Below are positions 54,189 through 64,000 of a stretch of 64,000 nt of DNA, piece after piece (positions within the stretch are counted from its first letter, which is position 1; each line of letters begins with the position of its first letter). Both the position numbers and the translations under genes were made by a program. The notes beneath the pieces were generated by a model that did not search any database, was not told the origin of the DNA, and worked only from the letters and a program-made list of their open reading frames with translations. Where the stretch lies: assembly GCA_030141605.1 (NCBI GenBank), contig JAQGDQ010000072.1, forward strand, positions 620,001-684,000, read 5' to 3'. Origin of the DNA: Tubiluchus corallicola. Lineage: Eukaryota; Animalia; Priapulida.

Positions 54189-54940
54189 TCAGGAAAATAT
54201 AGGATCATATCAAGAAAAGAAGCAAAAATTATACCATGCTTCACAGTTTAGTCTTGATTCTGATTCGGAGGAAGGAGAACCAATTCAGGAATACAAACCT
54301 GCAAATGCTCAGTCCTTTGATGAAAAGCTTTGTTCGGAGTTCAAGGCTTACTTGCTTGAAAATAGCACACATGTTGAATACGAAGACAGTTTGCAATATT
54401 GGCAATCAAGATCTACAGTTCATCCTAACTTAAAAATTTTAGCATTAAGACTGTTCTCTGTTCCTGCTAGTACTGTGCCAAGTGAAAGGCTTTTTGATTT
54501 CCAAAAAGTGGGCTTCATTAACACCAGCCACGAGTGAAAAACTATTACTGTTAAAAGATTGGAAAGGGCATGGCTTTTGAGTAACACCTATATATATGTA
54601 ATTCACATAATAAATATTTTCATTGACTGGCTTGTACAGGCTTACTGTTATTTCACAAACTGCTTTTCTATAGTGTCGTCTATAATACATAAACTGATAT
54701 TATATAAAGTTACACTTGTATACAAAACTACAATTCATATTTTGTGAAATTTGCATTTCTTTATTTTTTGTACCAACACACCACAAAAAAATTTAGATTT
54801 TTGCACACATTATTCCAAATTTGATTCGAAAATGGCTAGTAATGAATTCGAAAGTGATTCAAATTCGAAATCTTGAAATTCGATTCGATTCGAATTCGAA
54901 ATCTTGAAATTCGATTTTTTGAGGAGTTTGCTCACCCCTA
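54189..54940 (+). mobile_element. hAT transposon 3' remnant: C-terminal dimerization domain and right end
   Basis: LQYWQSR...HPNLKILALRLFSVPASTVPSERLF; subterminal TTCGA repeats 54825-54916; end CTCACCCCTA (reverse complement TAGGGGTGAG) at 54940. Confidence 0.85.
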
Positions 54941-56851
54941 TTTAAGACCTGATAATTTTTTGTAGAGTGTCTTCTGCCAAACCATTGACTTTCTTTTGAA
55001 AGTTAATTGTCTGTTACTCTCATTTGTTGGTGCCTTGGTGTTGTGCAATCTTCGAGGTCTTCGCAGTATGCCCACTTTGTAGAATTAACAGGCACTATTA
55101 AATCTTTCAAATATAGAGAAAATGTGCAAGGCATTAATCACAAATTGCGACCAAACGTCTTGTTTAATCACCTTTATGTAGCTTTAGCTCTTTTTTCTCA
55201 ACTCCATTGCATCTTTTATAAAAAAATTATGCATTCTTGTAGAAACCTCAACGTACTATTATTATCATCATAATTAATTTTGGTATCATAATGTCTGCAC
55301 TAAGATGTGGGTACAGCGTGTTAAATGTAGAATTTTCGACTCGCTATTTTTCTTCTATCCTTTTAGCCTGATAACGTAATAATTATTGTGGTAGAGAGGC
55401 AAGTGTGAACCGCCTAAACCGTCTGTAGGAAACACACTCGGCTGAATAGAACGCAAAAGCGTTTCAACGTTATACTTTTTGCGAAAATTAATTAAACAAA
55501 GCCCGAAGAAAGATGATATCGTTGATTGCGAGTAATGGAGGAACCTGCTTTCTTTTAAAGTTAAAGGTTTGATAATCATTTAATGCAAATAGGATTGTTA
55601 AGGCAAGTGTTCGCGGCTTAAGATGTAAAACAGTACGATGTGATGAAAATATGATTATACTGCATCTCTATGCACATGCATAGCTCTGTGCAAAATATAT
55701 TATTGGTTATAAAACTTATATATTAACAGTTCTAATCAGACTCAACTCTCAAGTACAGGGTGCCCAGAAATTCTTTTTATTTTAAATAATTTTTGGAAAG
55801 CCAAAAAAGTTTTTTCCACTGTTGCGACATTTCCAGTCTTCTAAACTCTTCATAATGACCTTTTCCAAACAGCAGAAATTATCCACAAATTTACATGTAG
55901 TTTAATTTTTCATCTGTAATGATAAGCCTTCTTTATAATATGTGATGTGTCATTAAGCAATACGTCGGTAAATGAGAAAGAAATTTATATAAAGGCATCC
56001 ATTTGCATTCCAGGAGCAAAAATCAATAGTGCTTGACTATGTAAAAACTTCAGTTGCTTCGAGAGGAACAGAAATCACTGAAGCATGAATGTAAAACTAA
56101 AAAGTAAAAGCATTCACTTTATGTTACAGGAGAATAATCATTAATGCTTGGCTCCTAAATTTAACTCTTCACATGGTTCATTGTTTACACTTCTATATTA
56201 TGTATTTGTTTAATTAAAAAGCTAAATGGGTACGAAAACTAAAATCTAAATTTGAAATATAGGTCCTCTTCTTCAGCCATTTTTCTTCCTTTTCTTTATC
56301 GTAAAAAATGTAAGGTTGAGTCCTTAGATTTTTTCCTTTTTCAGCCAGCACTTATAACTCTGCATTGCATTTCCTAAGTCCCGTCTTACTTTCAAGCTGC
56401 GTCCTCCATCAGAATTGTTTTAAATGCTGTCTTTTTACATATAAATGCTGTCAACATACAAATGATGCCATTGCAGCCCTTAACATGAATCATCATGGTC
56501 TACCTAGCTGTCTAATTGCCGCCTAATAGTTGTTTAGTTGGGCAAATTAAATTATTATCTGCATAATTGATGAGGGTTAAGTAGTGGGTGTCTTGAGTGT
56601 TAAGCTATCAAGTCATTTTAAGATTACAATTTGATCTTTTTGTTTGATGTTTTTTTCAGGTTGTAAAATCATGCTGTAATTTATGAAGCTGTAAAATGTC
56701 AAAAATTAGATGTCCTACTTTTGTGTCATGCACAAAATCTGCTGAACTATGTGAGGTTGATCCTTGATGATAAAATGATTTTGCGAAGAGTATCTTCCTA
56801 GTTTTTTTCTCTAATTAAGAAGCTGTGACGAGCTGAAGTTGTTGCAGTACA

Positions 56852-57253
56852 ATGTTTTTATGGAATTGCTGTCATCATTGCTGGACAGTGTTCTGGCTGT
56901 TTTCGTGGTGTTTCATACTCTGTGCTGGAATACGAAGTATAAGTAACTCCACACTTTCTCCAGCTGATAAGGACCTGAATGAGCGTTTGCAACAGCTTGA
57001 TTTATCTTCACTCGGGCTAGCTAATCTGCCTGAAAAACCTCTGCGGTATGGTCCACTGGGAATGGGCAGTGGTCAATATATGCATGATAAAATGTGGATG
57101 ACTGATGTGAATATAAAGAGTGAAGCCAGAACTTTGTCTAGTTTATTAAGAAAAATCAGCAATGAAGAAATCCTGGTCACTTCCATGCAAGAAATTTTTG
57201 ATAAATTGCCGTATGGCAAAGTGTATCCTGATCAGGCTGAAAAAATTTATGCG
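56852..57253 (+). CDS. CACHD1: VWA and cache domain protein (CACHD1-like), first coding exon with signal peptide
   Basis: Hydrophobic N-terminus; EARTLSSLLRKISNEEILVTSMQEIF resembles the CACHD1 N-terminal helix; probable acceptor before 56660; donor GCG|GTAAGC. Confidence 0.85.
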
Positions 57254-57940
57254 GTAAGCTTCTTTTTCTAACATTACTGTTTCCGTTTCATTATATAATT
57301 AATTTGTTTATTGATTTATTTTGTTGTTTCTGTGTATTATTACAAGAATTCCTCCTTTGTTCTAAATCTTATGTGTGATCCATTCTTAATCATTTTATCA
57401 TTTTCTGAGATACATTGCACCTTAATCACAATAGAATCATTCGTTGTTACAAACTCATACATATTTGCTTACCTAATTAATAATTATAGCAATAATATGA
57501 CTGGATTTGTTGCAATGCACAATTTACATAAATTCAGAAGAAGACAAGTTAGTGCTCTTCTGATACTAGTTATGAAAGGGTTAGGGTTAGAATGTTAAAC
57601 GGTTAAAGGTTAAAATGCCCTCTAGAAATAAAAACTACAGAAAAAATAAAGGTATGCAGTGTGTATTGTTTACTTTTATTTCATTTGCAATTTTTCTTTC
57701 ACAATTACAAACATGTTGTTTTTTAAAAATTATACTGTATATTTAGCATTGTCATTCTTTGTATAGCTTTTGAAGTCCACATGAAAGGCATAAGCTCCTC
57801 AAGAAAGTAAAAATTGCTTTTGAAACTTACAGGGCATTTTGACATTTTGTTTTGTTTTTAAATTTTAAAAGTTCCAGAAATGAGAAAGTTATTTTTCATT
57901 ATTTTCATTTTACGTAATTAATTTCACAATTTTAATTAAG

Positions 57941-58728
57941 CAGGGTTCCCGCGGTCAGGGAAAATCCTTGAAAATACAGATTATCAGGGAAAGTGATGAA
58001 AATAGGGCAGAAAGTCGCTGTGAACCGAAATTTTTTCAAACATATTTTTCAGCGATTCGTGTTCAAATAAAAAAAATTTGCAATGGCAGCCTTGCAGTTT
58101 CAATTTCTGTTCCAAAAATAATGGTTGGATTAGGAAAGTTTATTTAATGTGATTAGTGTAATTTTGTGTATTACGTATTTTGATTTATGTATGATTTAGA
58201 CCAAGTGAATTATTATATTGGGAATTCAATATACGTGTATCTGTTTCTAGAATTTCAAGTGACTTGTATAACAAGAATATAACATGTTTATTAATGTAGC
58301 ATGTTGTACAAGTGGATTATGATTTAACATGTTTTAATTAAGCATAACTGCTACAATTTGCTGCACATTTGACATGTTAAACTGGCAACCAACCAATTTT
58401 GTTAATTGAAGAAGTTTGTGCCAATGAATGTGCACTATTTATATCCATTTTTGTTGAAACGTTTTGAAGAGTTTTAAGCATAAAGCAGGTGGAACTGATG
58501 GCTGGAAAGAGGAGGAGGAGGCCATTGCAAAAAAACAAACAATTGTTTTGCTTTGCAATTGTGCCAACAAATTATATATCAGTATATGTATGAATGTGGA
58601 CATACACAAAAATGTTTGAATATGTATACTTGTAATACAATTTCTGCTTATCTTGCTCATGAATAGAAAATGAATATTTGGTCGGAAAAAGTCATGGAAA
58701 TTTATTTTAAAATTCTGTGGGAACCCTG
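57941..58728. mobile_element. MITE in a CACHD1 intron
   Basis: TIRs CAGGGTTCCCGCGG / CTGTGGGAACCCTG; internal TCAGGGAAA and TCATGGAAA repeats; no clean TSD. Confidence 0.7.
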
Positions 58729-58887
58729 TTTTAATGTGAAATCTGTTAAAGAAAAATTTGTGAAGCGATTTATTTGTGATTTGGTATATCAATTTAGATT
58801 CTTCTTTCTGTCACTAATCTTTATAATAAGATTTTATTATATTCATAACTTAATTTTGAGTACTCACATACATTTTTTTATCTCTAG

Positions 58888-59036
58888 TTGTCATCGCGTG
58901 TGAGGAAAAAGTTTAGTAAGTATTTAGATGTACTAGAGAGAAACAAGGCAGCTATTGAAGATATATATCGAATACATTTAATTAAACCCATCACGGAGCC
59001 ACGTCCTTGTTGTGTCATTGGTAATCGTGAACTAAG
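58888..59036 (+). CDS. CACHD1: CACHD1-like coding exon 2
   Basis: LSSRVRKKFSKYLDVLERNKAAIEDIY...RPCC; 149 nt. Confidence 0.9.
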
Positions 59037-59958
59037 GTAAATATGTTAATCTTAGAAATAACAGCATGCCCTTATAAATACTTTTCTACATTTTTAAATT
59101 ATAAATTCTAAAGTTCTCTAAGAACCAAACAGTGCTATTAGGCCTGCATTAAAAATACTTCTAATTGGCTGGGTAATATTTTTTTACTATACTCTTGGCC
59201 GGGATTTTATAATTCTTTTGTATGTTCATATACTTACTTGATGTAGTCATATAAAAGCATGTGTTTTAATTATTATAACATTGTTATTTTGGCGAGGACT
59301 GTAGTTAAATTTGTAGCCAGGGTTGCCAGTTTGTTTCTTGCTGATTATCACATTGGAGGCTAAGAAATATCGTATTTTGCACTAAGTCGGCTTATTAATG
59401 GCCAAGTAGTGTCGTCACTTATACCATAATTATAAGTACACACCGCACAAAAAGAAACTATACAATAATCGATAATTGCAAAATAATGTAGTAGTGCAAA
59501 ACAAAAAACTAAGAAACAAATCGTGAAACATTGCATTGAAAAAATTGAAAACATTACTGCTAACCAGTGCTAAATAAACAAACTTTCATTTCATCTATTT
59601 TAGATATTCCACGATTCAGCTTTAAACATGTACAAAGCTTTAGAAAAAAATTGAAAAGAATTTTTTCCTCTCTTTCTACCGTCACCTTTTGAGCTCATGA
59701 CGTAAGACAGAAACATTTTTTGTGGCCGGCCTTAATTTGATTAAACTCTAGAGAAAATCCACAGGAAGAACAGGAATTGATCATCTTTCATTAAACAAAA
59801 TACGTAGTGTATGGTTTTATATTTCCATGTTTTGTTTTTGGACATATAATATTAACTCTAGTTATTTACTTTGAAAGAGTAGTTGGCAACTAAAGTTATT
59901 GAGTCATTGTCAATGATTAATATTTTGTGATTTATAATCGTTTTGTTTGATATTTTAG

Positions 59959-60059
59959 TTATGATGAGAACTTTGGGACTCGAATTAATAAGTCAAGCAC
60001 TTGTGATGTTGTGCCACCAATTGCAAGTACTTTCAATCCAGGGCGTCGCCTTACTGATG
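59959..60059 (+). CDS. CACHD1: CACHD1-like coding exon 3
   Basis: YDENFGTRINKSSTCDVVPPIASTFNPGRRLTD; 101 nt. Confidence 0.9.
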
Positions 60060-60453
60060 GTAAACATCTTTTCTGTTTAAAGTATTTAGGCCTAGCTTAA
60101 CTTAAAGTAAAATAGTATTTGCTAGCTTTAGTTTGCAGTAGTAGATGATCAGTTTCCCATAAAATAAATTCTAGTTGCATGCAGAGTAAGATGTGTTATT
60201 CTTTTGTCTAATTTCAATTTGTTACGAACTTTCTAGGAGATTGATGGCAGTAACGCTTGGTGTGAGTAACAATAGCCATACATTAGCACTACGGTCTGTG
60301 GAATGCATCTAAGTTTACACGTGATCATATACAAACACACATGTATATATATATGTATATTATACAGTTATACATACATTTGTGTGTATATGTAATTAAT
60401 AGAAATTTTAAATTATTTTTCTAAGTTTTAATTTCACATCTCTTTACTTTCAG

Positions 60454-60598
60454 TGTTTTCTCGGCGCACGAATGAAGTACCGATATTGAAATGGCAGTAC
60501 TTTATTTCTGTAGATGGTATACATAATGAGTATCCTGCCCATAATGTTGATGGGATCACTTGGAGAAACTGTAATAGTCACCTCGATATACGCCATCG
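60454..60598 (+). CDS. CACHD1: CACHD1-like coding exon 4
   Basis: LKWQYFISVDGIHNEYPAH...DIRHR, a VWA_N / alpha2delta-family motif; 145 nt. Confidence 0.92.
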
Positions 60599-60769
60599 GT
60601 ATTGTCACATTGATACTGTATAACATATAATTAAAGTATACATTTCAAAACGGAATGCATATTTTTCAAATTTCATTTTTTAGCATCTACTTTTCATTTT
60701 TTTACTCTCAGGTAATGTCACAGTATTCTCACTTTTGATAATTTACACTTAAACATTTAAAAACTAAAC

Positions 60770-60886
60770 TGGTAGGCAGACAAGTAAGTAGGCACATTAC
60801 ATAGATACATAGAGAAATAAGAAAGTACTAAGTAAGTATAGACTGGAAAGTAGGCAAATAAATAGACATAGGTAGACAGATTGACA
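60770..60886. repeat. Degenerate (TAGA/TAAG/CAGA)n repeat
   Basis: gtaggcagacaagtaagtaggc...atagacataggtagacagattgaca. Confidence 0.6.
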
Positions 60887-61209
60887 GTGGAAAAGAAGAA
60901 TTTCGGTTAATTACAGAAGAAGGAATTCCAGTTATTTGTAACATTTGTGCATTCTTATTTTAAAATAATGTTCAAGTAAAATAGAATTTTTTAATGAAAA
61001 AGAGCAAAATGAGGTAAAAAACATGCTAAACAGAAAAGCGTGGTACTCATGAATTACCAAATGACAAAATTTTTAATTTTATATTATCACATTATGTTAA
61101 TTGACCATAGTATGGCTTTCTAAGTTTGCACAGTCAATAATTGTCTTATATCTTAAAATCACATTTGCATTTTTTTTATTGTGTTGTCACAATTTCTGAT
61201 AATGTTTAG

Positions 61210-61354
61210 AGACATATATCTCGCCACTCTTCAACCTCGTACAAAATATGTGACTATTGTAATTGATCACGGAATGGGCCTCAGTGCTGCACAGATTGTT
61301 ACAGCAAAAGCGATTGGCAAGCACATTCTTTCTTCCCTCTCACACCGTGATAAG
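61210..61354 (+). CDS. CACHD1: CACHD1-like coding exon 5, VWA start
   Basis: DIYLATLQPRTKYVTIVIDHGMGLSAAQIVTAK...HRDK; the DHG degenerate MIDAS points to CACHD1 rather than canonical alpha2delta (DxSxS). Confidence 0.92.
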
Positions 61355-62221
61355 GTGAGTATCTCTTTAGTTTTACTAAAATTAACTTTTCATATGATAT
61401 ACTTTTTTGTTCAGAATGTCAAAACCATTTGTTTAGCTATTCCGATTTGGTGTCGCCTTTAAGTGACATGGCTTATTGGAGTTTCTTTTATAATACTCTA
61501 GTACCGCTATTTGGAAAAGAGTACTTGTGACAGATGGTGAAATACTTGCCTGTAGATAAAATTGTGAGCACCTCGTCGTTGAAAATCGGAGTGTTTTCCA
61601 CAGTAATTTAATTTATTTAGTTTAGTTTATTAAGATTATTTTTCAGTGAGTACCATATAAAGACTTGTTAATTTGGCTTCATAGAGCCAAGACTGTAAAA
61701 TACAGCTTTATCTTTACATGGGAAGAAATGTTAATTTTAAAGTATGTCCCAAAAAACTTCAGATGCAATGTTACTTAGCTTTAAACCTATCTGATTGAAA
61801 AGAGTTGTGTAATTAGAAAAAAAAATTCTTAATAAATTAATCAAAACATCGCTGTACCAATGTCGCAGTGTGCACCATTGGCTCACCAATAAACATTAAC
61901 CTTATTGATGATAAAAGGTATTTTTTACTTTTGCTTTACTTAGTGAAGCATGTCCTACGAATGTTCTTTTTCAAAATTGTTATGTTCTACAAGTTTTCAA
62001 GCGACTTATCGTTAAAATAGTTGTGCTTAATGATCATCGCGTGAGTCTAAATTTACAAGTTTCGTACATTGTTACTGCTTATGCAAAGTAAGACAGCATG
62101 TAGGTGACACCAAATTTCAAGACATTATTTTGGCATATTTTATGAGGAGTGTCTGCTTGTCCTTTAACATTTCTCTTCGTTTTAAAATTAAACTGAACCA
62201 GCTTAAAATATTTTATTTTAG

Positions 62222-62357
62222 GTTGGTTTGATCGGTCTTTCGTACCAGACCTCATTTCCAAGAAATGATGACTGCTTATCAAACAAACTAGCTTATGCTA
62301 CTCATGAAACAAAAACCCGGTTTACTCAGTTTATTGACGGCTTGGAGAAAGAAAAAG
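62222..62357 (+). CDS. CACHD1: CACHD1-like coding exon 6
   Basis: VGLIGLSY...DDCLSNKLAYATHETKTRFTQFIDGL; 136 nt. Confidence 0.9.
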
Positions 62358-62410
62358 GTAAAAAACTGAATTTTAAGAATAGTGATTGTGCAAGTTCTGT
62401 GTAAATTACC

Positions 62411-62484
62411 GGTTGGCATAGTTCAGTGGTAGCGTGCTCGCTTCTCACCTGTAAAGTGTAACGGATTCAAGTCCCAGCCCAGTC
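62411..62484 (+). mobile_element. tRNA-derived SINE head or tRNA pseudogene
   Basis: A box TAGTTCAGTGG and B-box variant GGATTCAAGTCC; anticodon arm does not pair. Confidence 0.6.
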
Positions 62485-63797
62485 ATACTAAGGTAGTACC
62501 GCTGGTTCTTTGACCTAGTATCCGGATTTATTGAAGTAACACATAGGTAATAATAACCTTGGAAATAAGTATTGAGTTATTTTTGAGATTTTATCCCTGG
62601 ACTATGTCCTACGCGAAATTATTAATTATCATAAAGTAACGAGATGTGATTTAACAGACTTTAACTTTTGCAGATTGGTAAAATAGTACCTGTAATATTT
62701 TCTACATTCCTTTTGAAAAACAGTACTTGTGTTTTGTCCAGGTGACAAAACCAAAACCATTTAAGCACTTTAGGAAATGTAGATCCGGAATTATGTACAG
62801 TAGGTGCTGCTCAATAGACTCACCTTGGGACGGAAGTGTTTTGACCCAATTAACCGGGTGAATCTATTAACTGACAGATGTAGTATTACTAATATTGAAG
62901 TATGAATCATCTGCTTGTTATGCACTTAAAAGGCTTTGAATGAATTTTAGAAATGAAGTGAAGCCTAAATTCCTATGCATTTATTTAAAAATATTATTTT
63001 ATAATGTGAGCTAATGAAAAAAAACGTAAAGGATTACTCTTCTAAATCACACAAGTCAGTTTTTTTATTAAAAAAATACAAAAATACTTCCAAGGTCGGC
63101 TGCTTCATTTGTTTGCGAAGAAGTTGGATCACAAAGTTCTCATAATGATATAAACATTGAAAATCTGTTGTTGCATGATGCACAAATTCTCGCAAAATAC
63201 TTAGCTCTTGGCGTGCTTGAACTGTTGATGGTGCCCGTGTTTTCCTGCAAGTAGCTTCGTCTGTAGTTTCGTCTAAGCTACATAAGTTAATCGCGAGGTG
63301 ACCTGTAACTGGAAAAATTTTACCCTAGGTCTCAAGCTTGTTGCTCATATCAGGTGGTGCATTTAGGTCACTCTCTTGCAATGTAAGACTTTCACCGTTG
63401 TCAGTTTTATTCAGATGAGTGAATCTAGCATAAGTGAAGCTGTTCTGAATCGTGTGTTCAGCAACATTACTCCTGGACATAGCCAATAGTGCATTGAGAA
63501 GGCTGTTTTAGCAGGTCATTTGCATTTAACTAATGAAATGGTAAAAACACATCTTTAATGTGTTTTAATGATGAGTTGACTACATAGGTAGTGCATTTGT
63601 CTGCCTGTAAAATGATGTTTCACTTTAAGCTCGCATCCCATTTTGCTAGCTGTTGGGCTTCTTATTGAGCAGCTCGACTGCAAAAGTAAATCGGCTGTGC
63701 CTCAGCTAAAACAGCTCAGTTCTGAGCACCAATGGTAATGTTTGCATGTTGTTGCTTAGTTTTTAAAAAGTTTTTCTATAAATGTGTTTTTCTGCAG

Positions 63798-63887
63798 GCG
63801 CTACAAATCATTCCCTAGCTTTTATGACTGCATTTGACATGATTGGTGTTACATTGAATGAAGAAGAATCGTCTGGAAACCATGTTG
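63798..63887 (+). CDS. CACHD1: CACHD1-like coding exon 7 (gene continues beyond window)
   Basis: GATNHSLAFMTAFDMI...; 90 nt, phase 1/1. Confidence 0.88.
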
Positions 63888-64000
63888 GTATGTTTTTCTC
63901 TCAAATTACAAGTTTTTGGAATGCAATAGTTATTAGTGATGGGACAGATTAATCAATATAATTGATGATAATTGATTTGGCCTTTTATTTCTGATTATTA

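Noticed and set aside
54124-54537. 137-aa ORF as a gypsy-hAT fusion gene
   Set aside because: The N-terminal part is an off-frame reading of gypsy DNA; only the hAT dimerization fragment is meaningful and it frameshifts after SERLF
54841-54916. Short direct repeats as a possible CRISPR-like array
   Set aside because: Only two 24-bp copies with a 7-nt gap, no unique spacers, eukaryotic context; explained as hAT subterminal repeats
62411-62484. Possible TCA-anticodon (selenocysteine or suppressor) tRNA
   Set aside because: Anticodon stem does not pair, acceptor stem is poor and there is no long variable arm; better explained as a SINE head

Overview
AT-rich, intron-rich eukaryotic (invertebrate, probably arthropod-like) genomic DNA; almost all supplied ORFs are noise or exon fragments. 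Three spliced genes were reconstructed by hand with GT-AG junctions and consistent phases. (1) A complete PTB/hephaestus-family four-RRM gene on +, with 16 common coding exons (27174-40125) and two candidate first exons (13331, 25033); about 550 aa with the first. (2) A complete 4-exon PAT-complex subunit Asterix/WDR83OS on - (47837-44630, 114 aa), convergent with PTB. (3) The first 7 coding exons of a CACHD1-like VWA/cache gene on + (56852 to beyond the window end). Decayed CR1-like LINE, Ty3/gypsy and hAT fragments cluster at 51.8-54.9 kb; MITEs and tRNA-like elements occur elsewhere. I found no wholly new gene system. The most interesting signals are regulatory features of PTB: the 34-nt frameshifting exon with a 138-nt AG-free, CU-rich acceptor; a candidate hidden 112/84-nt exon that could restore frame when the 34-nt exon is skipped; and miR-124, miR-9 and miR-133 seed sites in the presumed 3'UTR. 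All gene identities come from recalled sequence similarity, not database searches.
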